The notes under the pieces are model-generated. The model was given only the letters and a program-made list of their open reading frames with translations, was not told where the DNA came from and made no database searches. From the NCBI GenBank assembly GCA_013265495.1, contig MU058824.1, forward strand, positions 682,001 through 746,000: DNA of 64,000 bases, in the 5' to 3' direction. The position numbers and the translations under genes were made by a program. Each line of letters opens with the position of its first letter. Positions within the stretch are counted from its first letter, which is position 1. Source of the DNA: Vicugna vicugna. Its lineage: Eukaryota. Below are positions 25,664-38,875 of the stretch, piece by piece.

Positions 25664-26409
25664 GGCCTGACTTCCAAGAAAGTGGACTTTGGGTAGGTGT
25701 TCTCAGGAATAGAATGGAAGAAGCCAGGAATGGAGTTGCCTTCTGTTATCCGAGAGAGTGAAATTGCCCTTGCACTTATTATTGAATTCCAACCTAAAGA
25801 GGTATATTCCTCTTAAAACTAGGGCCCAACGCCTCTGAAAATGCATTGACAAAAGTTTGTGGTTAAGGTTCATTTACCTTGCAGTATCTCCAGGAATTCT
25901 GTGATATTATTTATAAATAGAAGTGGAATAAACAATTCTGGCATGACTAACACCTGAATGTGGTAATCATTCAAAACTAGAATTCACTTCCACTCTTCTC
26001 TGATTTTTTGGACTAGCTGTGAAGAGCTGGGGTATCAAGGAGTCTGCACCCTGGACCCCTTCTGTGGGTTGGGACAGGATAGTTAGAATTTCATGTCTAT
26101 CCATCTATAAGGGGGATGGGTGGGAGACTACCTTCACATGACACCCAAACTAGTTTGAGATTTGTCTCAGGTTATTTGGTTTGTACAAATCACAGATATT
26201 GTATTTTAACACCTAGTAAATGACAGTGTGAATTCTGAATCCTACAGAGACTCCTGTATCAAGGGCAGTTCTTCGGATGTTTATAGTTTGTAATCATCTC
26301 ACCTGAGTCTTCTTTTCCTCAGGTTAAACAAACTTCTTTTCCTTCAACTAATCCTTCTGTGAAAACTTCCAAGGAAATACAATAATTTTCACCTCACTAG
26401 CCATGACCA

Positions 26410-27050
26410 TCCCAACAGAAAAGTGGGCAAAGGATATAACGATCATAAAAAAATAATTTAAAATGTTTTGATGGCCATGTATGGAAAGTTTTAACTCACA
26501 CGTAAACAAAAAAACTCTGAGTTAAACAGGTTTACCTATCAGTTTGGCAAAAGTTAAGATTATTATACTCAGTGTTGGTGAAAGTATGGCAAATAGGCAG
26601 TCTCAGATGGGGCTGGAAAAGTGTAATGTACTTCTGGAGACAGTCTGGCAAAAGTTGCCACAAGCCTTAAAAATATGTATATCAGAAATTCCACATATAG
26701 GAATTTAGCCTGAGGATATAATTAGATAAGCTGTACATATAAAGGATGTTCACTTCAGCACTGTTTACAATAACAAAATAGTAATAATGTTCAGTACTAG
26801 GGAACTGGTCAGATAAATGATGATATGACTACATAAAAGGATGCTGTAGCTCTGTACTGAAAAGATATATATAATCCGTTTTGGGGAGTCAATTGTTTAT
26901 GAAACCAAAGCAATAACATAATGTTGTTTTTGAAGGACATACATGGAAATGTGAATGGTAGTCATTTTTGACTGGTAGGATTATGGGTGGGATCTTTTTT
27001 CTATCTCTAGTTCTAACCTTCCCCCTGTGAACAAGTATTACTTAGATATT
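26410..27050 (+). mobile_element. L1ME 3' region
   Basis: caacagaaaagtgggcaaaggatat...cctatcagtttggcaaaag...cagtgttggtgaaag. Confidence 0.7.
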
Positions 27051-27061
27051 AAAGAAATATT

Positions 27062-27160
27062 AAAGATAAGCAACAGGGATATATTGTATAGCACAGGGAA
27101 TTATAGCCATTATCTTGTAATAACTAATATAATATTGTAAATCAACTATGCTCCAATAAA
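27062..27160 (+). mobile_element. ~100-bp cetartiodactyl L1 3' tail
   Basis: gtatagcacagggaattatagcc...aaatcaactatgctccaataaa. Perfect TSD aaagaaatatt at 27051-27061 and 27161-27171. Confidence 0.85.
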
Positions 27161-27329
27161 AAAGAAATATTGAAAGTTAAAAACATTTGCTAATTAGATA
27201 GGCAAATTGGCCTCTTGATTTAATTTGTGTTTTTGATGATTTTAAACAATTTTAAAAATAATTTTAAATAATTTTTCATGTTTATTAATTAATTAATAAA
27301 GTATAGTCAAATAGGGACTACATTAAAGT

Positions 27330-27870
27330 CCTGAATTTTCAGAAGTAATATTACAGTTGGAAAGGAATTCAGCACCATCTAGTCTCGATCTCTCATCTCA
27401 TAGATAAGGACCAGTAATAAATCCAGGGAGGTTATATGATTTGACCAAAGGTAAGATAGAATTATGGCTGATGTCTGAGCTTTCTGTTATAGTTTGCTGT
27501 CTTTCTCAGATTAGGGTCTTGGCATTTCATATATGCTTCATTGCAACATCAAGTGTTCTATTATATCAATTCAGAGATTAATTTGTGATTCATGATTACT
27601 CATGATTGATTTTGGAGGTGATTTTATGATAGATGTTGCTTTACACAAGTTTGTGTGGTTTTTTTGTGAAAATAGTTTAAAAGGGACATTCATTGTACAA
27701 TTAAGTTTGTACAATTAAAGGAAGAATTTGGGATTTGGGTCAGAGCCCTGGGTAAGTTATGTTAGCCCCTTTTGAAGTTTGTACATAAATGGTCAAGGAT
27801 ATCTACTTCACAAGTTTGTGAAGAGGATTAAATGGGATTGTAAAGAGCATTAATGTAGGTAAAAGACCAT
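27330..27870. mobile_element. Two MIR fragments (27330-27500 on -, 27720-27870 on +)
   Basis: Degenerate MIR cores. Confidence 0.5.
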
Positions 27871-28429
27871 AAAAGTTCAAAACTGGATTTTATATACCTA
27901 TTTATTCTCATTTGCTTGTTCAGATCCCATTTTTTTTCAAAAAGTATTTGAAAAGGCAGATATATATCACATTTGTTGTTGTCATGGTTCCTACTGCCAT
28001 GCCAACTGAGTAGGAAAGTTGATTGTCAAGATGGACTACAGCAAGAAAGCATAAATATTTACATGCAACCTGTTTCAGAGAACCCAGGGGAGGGGGGGAC
28101 CTCCTTGGGTAGGAAAGTTAAGTTTCCACCAGCTACCTGGGACTAGGAGTAGGTCCCTTAGTCACGATGGGGCAAGATGATCATGTGGACCAGGTTTATG
28201 ATTTACTAAGAGCCAGACACTTTTTAGTATGGGGAAAATGTTTCTTTTGGTGGAGAGAGTCTTTTGGGGATACATGAAAAGACTGACCCACCATTAGCAT
28301 ATAAACTTCCAAAGTCAGGGATTATCTTTCCTGTTTGCTACTTGACCACTAATGCCTAGTCCAGGTTAATAAAGATTAGGTAAGTAACTTCTAACAGTTG
28401 GGCTATAACTTGCCAAGGTGCTGTGCATA

Positions 28430-29100
28430 TTGCATTGTACTCTTAGGGACCATTTCAACTGGGAATCTAATTTTCTTCATTTCTAAGAAATTTGCCTGTT
28501 ATTTCTTAGGTAATGTCCTATTCTCTGTTCTCTCTGTTCTTTCTTTATAGAATACCTATTAGTTTCTTTTTAAATCTCCATATTGATATTCTCACTTTTT
28601 CTTTTTGTTCTGCTTTCTAAATGACTTCCTCAATTTTATCTTCCAATCTTTCTATTTACTTTTTCTTTTGTCATATTTTTAAATACTAAGAGCTTTTCCT
28701 TATTCTCTAAATATTTGAGTATTTGTTTTCATGGCATCTTATTCTTATTTAGTAAATCTAATGGTTAAAAAAATCTCTCTGAAGATATTAACTACAGATT
28801 TTGGGGGGAAGGTTCCTTTAAAAATTCTTCGTATTGTTTCTAATTCTTTAACTTTCTTTCTTCTTTTCTTTCCTTTTTCATGTTTATATTGGTCTCTTTC
28901 TTAAACATTGATTGGAGGTTTTTCTGAAATGCCTGGTGATCCTTGGCTGTCTGTTCATACTTAAAAATGAGGCACTAAAAAGTTGATTAAAAATCATATA
29001 TTCATGGGCAGAGCTTGACAATTGCTGGAGTGGATTTCACTGTCCAATCAGAAAGAACTCAGCTATTTATCTGGGGATTCTCAATGTCAGTATCTTTTCT
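28430..29100 (-). mobile_element. L1ME ORF1 or HAL1 fragment
   Basis: T-rich antisense ORF1-like text (acttcctcaattttatcttccaatc; aatgcctggtgatccttggctgtctgttcatact). Confidence 0.65.
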
Positions 29101-29104
29101 ACAT

Positions 29105-29218
29105 TTCTATGCTTTCATACTAGAAATGTAGAGTCGAGTAGTTGTGACAGAGATATACAGCTGGCAAAACCTGAAATACTTACCATCTGGTCCTTTATAG
29201 AAAGTTTGCTGACCTCTG
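29105..29218 (+). mobile_element. MER58A 3' half
   Basis: gagtagttgtgacagaga...ctggtcctttatagaaagtttgctgacctctg. Confidence 0.75.
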
Positions 29219-29599
29219 ATCTGTAAGCCACATTCTATCCTGCATACTTGAAGGAAGTGGGAATGTAGTCTGAACACAAGAGGATGATAGAGCTATAAGG
29301 ATGGTGTCTAATATTTATTGAGTGTTTACATGTGCTTGGCACTTACAGGCATGCATTATCAGCATACATTACCATATTTAATAGTAATTAAAGATTATCT
29401 CCCTGATTAGATTATGTGTTCCTCAATGTCAAGTTTATAATTCCAAGTTTATAGCTCCAGAATCTAGGAAGTATGGGCTTTTAGTGAATGCTTCTCAAAC
29501 TAAGTGAGCGGTGCTATCTTGTAGAAGAGGTGAAAGCCCCTACTTGGACATCAAAATAGTTGTTTCAGAGAGGCTTCAGAAGATTTCAAGTCACTGAGC

Positions 29600-30050
29600 A
29601 GTATCAGCTCCCTCCAAGGTGGTGAGCTATCCACCCCTGGGAGGGGTTCACAAGAGCTCACTCACCCACCTAGTTGCTTATGGATATTATGTAGGGGTTT
29701 CCTTTTTGGCATGGCAAATTGAAGTAAATGAAGTCTTGACTTACGGGATTCTATTATTCAAACTAAAACAGAAGACTAGAACTCAGAATTCATGGTTGAT
29801 AAAGTTCTCTCTCCATTATATCACACTGTCTCTCTCAGAATTTCTGTACAAGGAGCCATGAGGACATTGGTGTTGTAGTGGAAAGAATATCACAGTGAGC
29901 ATCAGGAGGTCTTGGGTTATAATTCCACTTCTGCAACTAATTTACTGCATGAGCCCAGCAAGCCTTTTAATCTCTCAGGGCCTAAGTGTCCTCAAGTGAG
30001 GGGCCTGGATTAGATAATCTCTAAATTCTCTTTCAGCTCTAAAATAATTT
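29600..30050 (+). mobile_element. L3 3' end (29600-29755) and MIR3 (29865-30050)
   Basis: ggtggtgagctatccacccctggagg (L3); MIR core plus ggattagataatctctaaattctctttcagctctaaa tail. Confidence 0.55.
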
Positions 30051-32812
30051 TATCCAAGGATTAGCAGGGCCCCTCCTATTGAAAGGCCAGGACAGACTAG
30101 TTCAAACAAGATGTTTCCCTGTTATGTGTTGCCAGAGTACCGAGATTCTGCTTTTAAAAATATTTTGTGCACCTTCTGATCCCATCCTGCTCTCAGCTGT
30201 TCAGTTTCCATTCCCTGTCTGTATCCCTGTTCCTGTTTTGCTTTATGATACTTCTTACTTGGGAAATTAGGCTTAAGCAGGCTGTAGTTTTAGCCTTTCT
30301 TTAGCATGGTGAAGGCAAGCTCTTTCTTGTTAAATTCTGCTCATTTGGCTGGTGAAGAACTTGGAGCTGTTCAACTCTTGGAGGGTTGGGGATATTAACA
30401 TTGGCCTCATAAAGGTGATGGGGACTTCTTTATTTAGGGCACCAGACATGGGAAGCTCATATTTCTCAAGGGGGAACATTTTATTCTTGGTGGAAGCAGT
30501 TTCAACTCCCAGAATGAGCCATCTTCCCATTTCTTTGTTTAAGTTCTTTAGCTAAAAAAGAACTTAACCTAAATTCTTTTTTAAAAATGACAACAAGAGT
30601 CAACCTTAAGTAGACCATCATCTAGCAGCAACATTTCCCCCATATCCCACTCAAATAGCCATCAGTTACCAAGTGGTCTCTTATTACCTTTAGGATTTGG
30701 TTTCAACTATTCCAAGTTTTTAAAATTTCATTTGACTTAAGTTTTCAATATTCAACTGTTTCATGGTTGCCCATATTCCACACTATATGTGACCATATAC
30801 CTCTTGTCTCTGAATAGCCCTAAAAACTGTAATGTCATGTTAAGAACTCCTTTTAGTCCAAGGCACGTCAATCCATGTTGCCAACTTCCAACTTATTCTC
30901 ATCCAGAAGATTAGCGAGGCCGCCTCATGGTGTTCTTTTTTAACAAAATGTTATTGCCTGTGTTATAGCTAGGGCTTGATGTGGTGACATTAATCCCAAA
31001 TCTGCAGAATGGTACTCTTAATTCTGCTTGGGTGGAGAGTAACTTGAGCTCTTGGCATAAGCCTTTTATTTTGGGAATACCATTCTTGGTCATCATTTCT
31101 ATAAGGAATCTTAGTCAGTTGTTAGGAATTTTATTTTGCTCCTGAAAAATAATATTTTCTCTTTTCACATTGAGATACCCAGATTTCACATCTCTAATGT
31201 ATAATCTCTAGCATTGATTTAGTTGCTTGATATCGTCCCCAGACATGTTTTAAGTATTTATTAAGAAGCTATAGGAGTTCCAGCTGAAAATGGAGTCTGG
31301 CTTGAAGCCCCGGCTGAAGTCTTTCCCAAATTTGCTACTAAAATGCCTATGAAGACAAAGAAAAAATGTAATATATTAAATATGAAAATAAAAACAATGG
31401 GAAGCATAATCTCAAACTTGGGAAAGAATCTGTACTAACTATAAAGCAAGACTGAGGCCAACCTACCCAAGTCTCTGTCTGTGATGCACCGAGGTAGCTT
31501 TACTACATGACACGAAAAACCCTTTGAAATGAGGAAGGAAGGCACGGTGTCCTCTCCACTGTTGGTTGTTATCAAGACAACTGAGCAGGTGGGCTTTTAC
31601 CCATGTGGGCTGATTTGTGAGGTCAATTATCACATCATTCTATATCCAGAGAAATTAAAATTCTCAGAAAACAAGGTAAGCTTTGGCTGAGTTGGAGGAC
31701 TAGTGGAAGTATATTGTATTTTCAGGGAAAATCTCTTACAGGTAAAGCTCCATAGGTTTAGGTTGGGTCACAAACAAACAAACCCCAAACAAAGCAAAAT
31801 AAAACCAAACTACCACTACCAAACCCCTGGTAAGAGTACGTGCTGGGAATTGTAGATTTTTACGTACACTGCAAGTTCACAGTCCCAGGAAATTAGACAG
31901 TGTTTGTGGAGCAAGATGGACACTCAGTAGAAGAGTGCATTAGAGGAAGTCATGCTGGAAACCAGGCCTAGGCTCAGAGACTGTGCACATCTAATAGACA
32001 GAGTGGAGTTAAGGGTATTTCAACTCTCCTATTTTTTTGATAAACACCAAATAAGAATAGATTTCTATTTGTTCAAAGATAAATAAGGAGTAGGGGAAAG
32101 CCACATGGAGTGCACGAAAAAGATTTTACTGCAAGGGGAAAAAGAGTAGGAGACCTAGAGGATGAGCACATTTCTGAAATGATTTACTGGAGGGTCCAGA
32201 AATTAGAGGATTTCAGGGAACTATCTGGCTTCCTCCAATGAATGCAGAATATAAGGATGTTAAAGAACAGAAAGTAACAATAATTGGTATTCTTGAAGAA
32301 AATACTTAAACTAATGGAAAAAGCAATAATTAAAGATAAAACAGGAAAAATTCATGAGCAGAAGTAGGACCCATATTGAAAAAAATCATTGTGTTCCAGA
32401 CAAGTCAATGCATGAAGGCACACATAAGGATGTATCCTGGCAACAATTTTAATTCATAAGGATAAGGAAAAACTTCCACAAGTATATAAGCAGAAGAAAC
32501 AGACTACCTAAAAAAAAAAAAAGAAAAAAAAGAAATAAAAATCTGTCCATTCTCTGGCTTTTACTCTGAAAGCTTAAATTTAAAAGAAAGTGGAGTGTTA
32601 TACACAGAGTTGAGAACTAAAGTTTGTAACTTAGTCGTTTTATACCCAGACTCATCATCTTAAGTGAAATATCAGAAAGACTTCTCAGGTATGCAAGGAC
32701 TAAGAAATATATATACCCTCCCTGAAAACACTTTCTTGAAGGAAAAGCCTAAGAATGGCTAGAAAAGGGCTGTCCTTAGGTCTGAAACCAATTAAAACAG
32801 TGATATGTCCAA

Positions 32813-33019
32813 GCCAGTATTATCAAGTGTGCTTTAGTCATAAAATTCTTCATCTGGAGATAAAAAATCTCTTCCTTGGAAACTCTAAAAATAAAACACC
32901 TATAATTGTCATCCTCTGGTTGAAGAGGTATGAAGAACCAAGAGACCCACCCACAGGCAACCTGAGACGTGCCGCTTCAAAACTCAAGGACTCTGTGGAA
33001 CAAAGTTTGAAAACCACTG
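32813..33019. mobile_element. hAT-Charlie MITE remnant
   Basis: Ends in gtggaacaaagtttgaaaaccactg, a Charlie-type terminal repeat. Confidence 0.55.
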
Positions 33020-33230
33020 GTCAAAAATAATTATTGTAAACCCTCCCATAGAACTGAATGCAGATCTCAGAAATGATTATCAAAGGAGGTTTATAATGGA
33101 CAAATAAATTTGATAATAATCTGGGTGTAGAACTCTAATTAATGGTGAAGGATTTATAAACTGATAAATTTATTATCAGGCTGCTTATGAGAAAATATAC
33201 ATAGTACAGAAAGGTAACACTTACCATTTT

Positions 33231-33371
33231 TTATTTGTTTGTTTGTTTTAGGGGTGGAGTATTTAGGTTTATTTATTTAAAATTATTTTTCTAGTGGAGG
33301 TATTGGTGATTGAACCCAGGACCTTATGCATGCTAAACACTCATTCTACCACTGAGCTGTACCTTCCTCCC
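33231..33371 (-). mobile_element. tRNA-derived SINE, camelid vic-1-like
   Basis: Sense head gggaggaaggtacagctcagtggtagaatg...ggtcctgggttcaatc (A and B boxes). TSD aacacttaccatttt (33216-33230) / aacaggtaccatttt (33372-33386). Confidence 0.88.
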
Positions 33372-34074
33372 AACAGGTACCATTTTAAATTTGACTTTGA
33401 CAACTAGCGAATAGAGATGTTTGAAAAACTAAAAGTAATCATTAGAATTAAAAAGCAAACAAAAAAGAATATAGTCCATCTAAAAAAACCCTACAAAACA
33501 ACAGAAACACTAAAGAAACGTGAAAACAGAGAACTTCAAAGATGAAAGAATAAATATTTTATATATCAATTATAGCTTTAAATAACTGAGATAAAAACTA
33601 TATAATAAAATACTTGAATTTTCAGATTGCTTTAAAACATTCTATGAAATTCAACTAAATTCTGTTTGTAGGAAATATATCTAAAGCAATGTAATACAAG
33701 TTGAAAATGAAAAAATAATTACTTCAATAATAGGTGTAATTCCAAATGAAAATATATTTAGGCTGACCCAATAACATTCCCTAGAGAGATGTAGTGCGAA
33801 ATTTGTTCAGAATATAAAGAAAAATTAATCATTGACAGAATATTGAAAAATACAAAAAATGGAATCTTTTCTGCTTTCATTTCTGTTCTTTTATATCTTT
33901 CTATTCTCTATATCTTTTATATCTGTTTGAATTTTTCAGTCTTCCTTAAAAAATTTGTTAATAACCTTTATGGAAATTCATCATCCATTAACTCCAAAGA
34001 AAAATCTTCATTAATATCAATAGTAGAAATTATATAAATTACATTCTTGACCACAATATGCTAAAACTAAAGTT

Positions 34075-35070
34075 CAGTTTTTTAATGTTATATGGTTAGT
34101 GCTTTTTTGTGTCTGGTTTGTTAGTCTCTGACAAAGTTGTGAAGATATTCTTCTGTATCTTATTCTAGAAGGTTTATTATTTTGCCTTTCACGTTAGGTG
34201 TATTATCTGTTTCATATAGATTGTTATATTTGGTGTGAGACAGGGGTTGAAGTTAAACTTTTTTTTATTACGGGTATCTAGTTGTTTTGGCACCATTTGT
34301 TGGAAAGATTTTCCTTTCTCCAGTGATTTGCCTTAGCACCTTTGTTGAAAATCAATTGACTGCACATGTGTGGGCTTGTTTGCGGGTTCTCTCTTGTGTT
34401 TCATTGATCTTTTTGTCTGTCCTTATACCAATGCCATATACATTCTTCATTACCACAGCTTTATAGTAAATCTTGATATCAGATTTTATAATTTCTCTGA
34501 CTTTGTTCTACTTTTTCAAGATTATTTTGACTGTTCTAGGTTTATTGAAACTCCATATAAACTTTAGAATCAGCTTGTCAATTTCTTTAAAAAACAAAAT
34601 AAAACAAACAAGGTGTCTGCTGGGTTTTGATTGGAATTGCATTAAACTTAGATTGCATTTTGGAGAGAATTAACATCTTAACAATATTAAGTCTTCCAAA
34701 CCATGAACATGATTTATCTTTTCGTACTTATAGCTCTTCATTTTTTCATAGGTACATCTTTTAGTATTCAGTGTGGACGTCTTGCACGCCTTTCATTAAC
34801 ATTATATGTTTTTGATGCTGTTATAAAAGGTATTGTTTTAGTTTTAGTTGCTAGTATATAGAAGTATGATTGATTTTATATATATATACCTTGTATCTTG
34901 TTTTTATAAAATATAACTTCCCAATTGCGATTATATGGAAATGCAGTCAATCTGTGTATACTTACTTGGTATACTGTGATCTTGCTAAATTTACTTACTA
35001 GTTCCAATAGTTTTTTGGGAGATTTCTTAGAATTTTTCTAATACACAATCATGTCACCTGCAAATAAATT
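34075..35070 (-). mobile_element. Ancient L1 ORF2 fragment
   Basis: Antisense ORF2 from FAGDMIVY (~35045-35065) toward the C-terminus. Confidence 0.8.
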
Positions 35071-36547
35071 AGTATATATTCATTAATACAATTGCATACT
35101 ACTTTCTTCTTTTTCACTATTACAACTGAATTTTAGTTTGAGCCTCTTTCACACTCAAAGTCTGAAATCCCTCCTGCATCTCTTCTTTAGTCATCAGTTT
35201 TGTCTAACATCATGATGACGCACTGCTTTTCATTCCTGTTCTTCTGAACGTAGCCACTATTCACCTTTAGAGTTGACAGTTTAATTTGATAGCATACTGA
35301 AAGGGGTTCACTTACTTTTACTACTGGGTTAAACTAGTAATTGTTTTTCCTTAATTGAGGTACATATAGCTCTATGACAATTAACATCTCTAGAAAGTCA
35401 GCCAGCACTGGTCACACTCCTTTTCCTAGCTTTGGCATCCTATCATCTATCTGAGAAATTTGTCATTTTTCTACTACCTTTAGTTGTATTGCTTTGTATG
35501 GGACAGAGAATCATCTGCAAATGTAAACATTTTCATTTCAATACTGGTACATAGTATGATATTTAGGATTACATTTTAAGTAAAATGCATAGATCATTTT
35601 TAAGCTAAAATTTAATCGCAAGTTGAGCTATCAATGCAAATAACTCATCTGAGATGACAGGTGGATGAATATATCTTCCATGCATGGCTAAGATCACATA
35701 TATGTAGCAATTACAACTGTGCCTCAACTTACTCCTCTACTTGGCCATTGACAAATGCCTTTGACATCTATTGAATGATACATTCAAATTTTAGAAGAGT
35801 TAAAATTTGAAAATAACACTAATGAATTGTAAAATGGAAAAAGTTATTGAATTCTTCAATAAATTAAAGAGCTTCTTTTTAAAGAAACAATAAAGATGTA
35901 CATTTTTGGCAAGTGTGTTCAAGGAAAAGAAAAATTCAATATGCATATTATTAAAATAATCATTTAAGGATATCATGACAAGGTTTTAAATATATGGATA
36001 AAGACTAAGGATTTTTTAAGAAAAATATATCACCAAAATTACTTCAAATAGAGAACTTGAACCACTAAAGGAATTATAAAAATTGTCAGAGAGCTAACTC
36101 CTAGAAAAGCCCTTGGCTAGATGGAGTTATAGGCAGGCAATCTTTTACTAACTTTCAATGGCTGGTTAATTCCTATGTGTAAGCTGTTCCATAATAAACA
36201 GATGGTAAACTCTTCAATTAATTTCACAAACCTAACAGAGCAATTATACCAAAACCTTAAGAACACTATAATGAGTATGAACTATTTTTTTTGTAAAAAA
36301 AAATAGGAAGGAAAGGAAGAAAGAAAATTAAAAATAAATGTGCTGAAGGCAGGCAGACAGCTTTTTAAAAAATTCTACTTAGACAAAGAATTAGATTCCT
36401 CGAAAGGTAGAATAAAACTGAATATTCAATGGGTTGGTGGTAGAACCAGGCTTAGAACTTGAAAAAATTTTAAATCTACATTTTCTCATATTAAAGTTAC
36501 ATATCAAGATTGTATATAACTAGATCCTATATAGTATGTGTGTTTTA

Positions 36548-36610
36548 GTATGTATGTATGTATGTATGTATGTATGTATCTATCTATCCAGCTATCTATC
36601 ATCTATCTAT
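36548..36610. repeat. (TATG)n(TATC)n microsatellite
   Basis: Directly visible. Confidence 0.9.
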
Positions 36611-36699
36611 TGTAATCATTAAGAACTACTGCATTAAAAATAACAGTGAAAAAATTCTTGAGGATTATCCTCTAGAAAAGGGGCAAAACTTAAAATTTG

Positions 36700-37270
36700 G
36701 AACCATAGTGTTAGAAGGGATCTTACTCGTCTCTGACTCCCTTCTCTGCTGAGTGCTAGACCCAGTCCCTTCTAGGTCATTCAGTTGCTTGAGCCCAGCC
36801 TTGGCTCAGTAACCTACAGTGGCAAGGAACCAATATCCTGAGTTAGTTCATGAGATTTTAAGATGGTGGCAGTTTTACTTATTGCCAGTCAGGGAGTGAT
36901 CCAGGTTTTATTGGTCCCAAAGTGTATATAATTTTGGAGTATCTTCTTAAGAAAAAGAATACAAAATTAGGTCCAAAATTAGAGCCTGGAGGAATTCATG
37001 CAACAGAGGAGCACTGAAATTTAAGCTTTATCAGCCTCACAGAATATTTCCCTTTGTTCTCAGTCCTTTCCACTTTTCCCCAAACTTATCATTTTGAGAG
37101 TTCTTCCTACTCTGCTACTCTACTGTTTTAATGTTTTAACTTGAGTTACCAAAATCTCTTTGTAAGTGGATTCAAAAATAGGCAAAGGATTACAAGTGTA
37201 TTCTGACTAGCCCAGAACACAAAAGGACAATCATCTGTTTTTATTAAGAACTTTGCACTTCTAGTACTGT
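36700..37270 (-). mobile_element. CR1/L3 3' fragment
   Basis: Antisense L3 tail (gaaccatagtgttagaagggatctta) and later L3-like text. Interrupted by a hAT MITE. Confidence 0.45.
36890..37056 (+). mobile_element. MER53/MER96B-like hAT MITE
   Basis: cagggagtgatccaggtttt...cttaagaaaaagaatacaaaattagg...ttaagctttatcagcctcac. Confidence 0.7.
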
Positions 37271-37449
37271 AGTGATACTGGCTAACTTTTTTTTTAAAAG
37301 GAAAACACAGTACATAGATGATAAAAATTGATTTTAAGTCACTTTAAACATTTGTTTCAACGGAGAGGGGTAAAATTTGTTCTTCACTTCTTAACAACCT
37401 CATATTCAGATTATTCTCTCATGCCACTGTCAACCAACTACAGTAAATA

Positions 37450-37632
37450 ATGATTAACACTATTGAAATATTTACATATTGATTGCACTAGGCACCATTC
37501 TAAATACTTTACACATCTTCATTAATTTATTTATAGTTTATCCTCACAAAATCCCATGAGGTATATGTACTTTTACTATCTTTATTTTTCAGATAAAGAA
37601 ACCAGTGTACAGAGAAATTAAAACTTGCCCAA
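37450..37632 (-). mobile_element. MIR SINE
   Basis: ctaggcaccattctaaatactttacac...tcctcacaaaatcccatgagg...cagataaagaaac. Confidence 0.75.
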
Positions 37633-37634
37633 AA

Positions 37635-38800
37635 CCCTTACCTCACATCATATATAAATATTACTCAAAATGGATTTAAGGCCTAAATATAAGAGCTAAA
37701 ACCATAAAACTATTAGAAGAAAACCTAGGGCTAACTCTTCATAACTCTTCATTTGACAGGGGTTCCTTAGATATGACACCAAAAGCATAAGCAGGGGGAT
37801 AAAAGAGAAATTGGACTTCATCAAAATAAAAAACTTTTGTACATCAAAGGGCACTGTCAAGAAGATGAAAGACATCCCACAGAATGTGGGAAAATATTTG
37901 CAAATCATGTAACTGATAAAGGTTTAGTATCCAGAAGCTATGAAGAATACTTACAACTAATCAGCAGAAAGACAAACTACCTAATCAAAAAGTGAGCAGA
38001 GGACTTGAACAGACATTTTTCTGAAGAAGATATACAAATAGCCAACAAGCACATGAAAAGGTGTTCAATATCATTAATCATTAGGGAAATGCAAATAAGA
38101 CTACATGAGATACTACTTCACACCTACTAGGTTGGCCATAATAATTAAAAAAAAGAGCCATGATAAATAACAAGGGTTGACAAGGTTGTGAAGAAATTAG
38201 AATCCTCTTAAATTGCTATAAAATGTAAAATGATGCAGCCACTGTAGAAAACAGTTTGGGGGGGGTGTCTCAAAAAGTTAAGCATAGAGTTGCCATATTA
38301 CAAAGCAAAGATTTGAAAACCAGTGATCAAACAAAAACCTGTATACAGATATTAACAGCAGCACTATTCACAAGAGTCAAAAGTTGGAAACAACTCAAAT
38401 ATCCATCAAATAGTGAATGGATAAACAAAATGGATAATATCCATAAAACAGAATATTATTCAGTCATAAAAAGAATAAAGGATTGATACCAGCTACAAGA
38501 TAGATGAATCTTGAAAATATTATGCTAAGTAAAAGAAGTCACATATAAAAGGCTACATATTATATGATTCCATTTACATGAAAAGTCCCAGAATAAGAAA
38601 ACTGATAGAGACAGAAACAGATTAGTGGTTGCCAGGGGTTGGGAGGAATGGAGAACCACTAATTGATGGGAATGAGATTTCCTTTTGGGGTGATGAAAAC
38701 ATTCTGGAGCCAGATAGTGGCTATGGTTACACACCATTGTGAATGTAGTAAATGTCACTAAATCACACACTTTAAAATCAGTTGTCAACAACAAAAAACT
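37635..38800 (+). mobile_element. L1MB-type ORF2 end and 3' UTR
   Basis: ORF 38256-38486 contains TAALFT..KSWKQ.KYPS..EWINKM. 3' UTR gattagtggttgccagggg. Confidence 0.9.
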
Positions 38801-38875
38801 GAAAATACTTTCATCCACTGGAAATCTCAAAGTGCAACTTCTAAAAATTCTTCTTCACCCTTTACCAATCCTTCT

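Larger units (their letters stand above)
31275..36290 (+). mobile_element. Very old L1ME-type element (5' UTR, ORF1, ORF2 pieces)
   Basis: A-rich sense text. ORF1 motifs ~32200-32750, endonuclease-end motif (DHNMLKL) ~34045-34070, ORF2 linker to IPKP ~35790-36290. Interrupted by several insertions. Confidence 0.6.

Noticed and set aside
30539..30567. 11-bp inverted repeat ttaagttcttt/aaagaacttaa as a terminator or miRNA
   Set aside because: It is short and AT-rich, probably a local inverted duplication. It also weakens the acceptor call at ~30552.
33290..33371. tRNA gene
   Set aside because: This is a SINE head with a non-tRNA tail, an A-rich end and a TSD. The same applies to 51130-51206.
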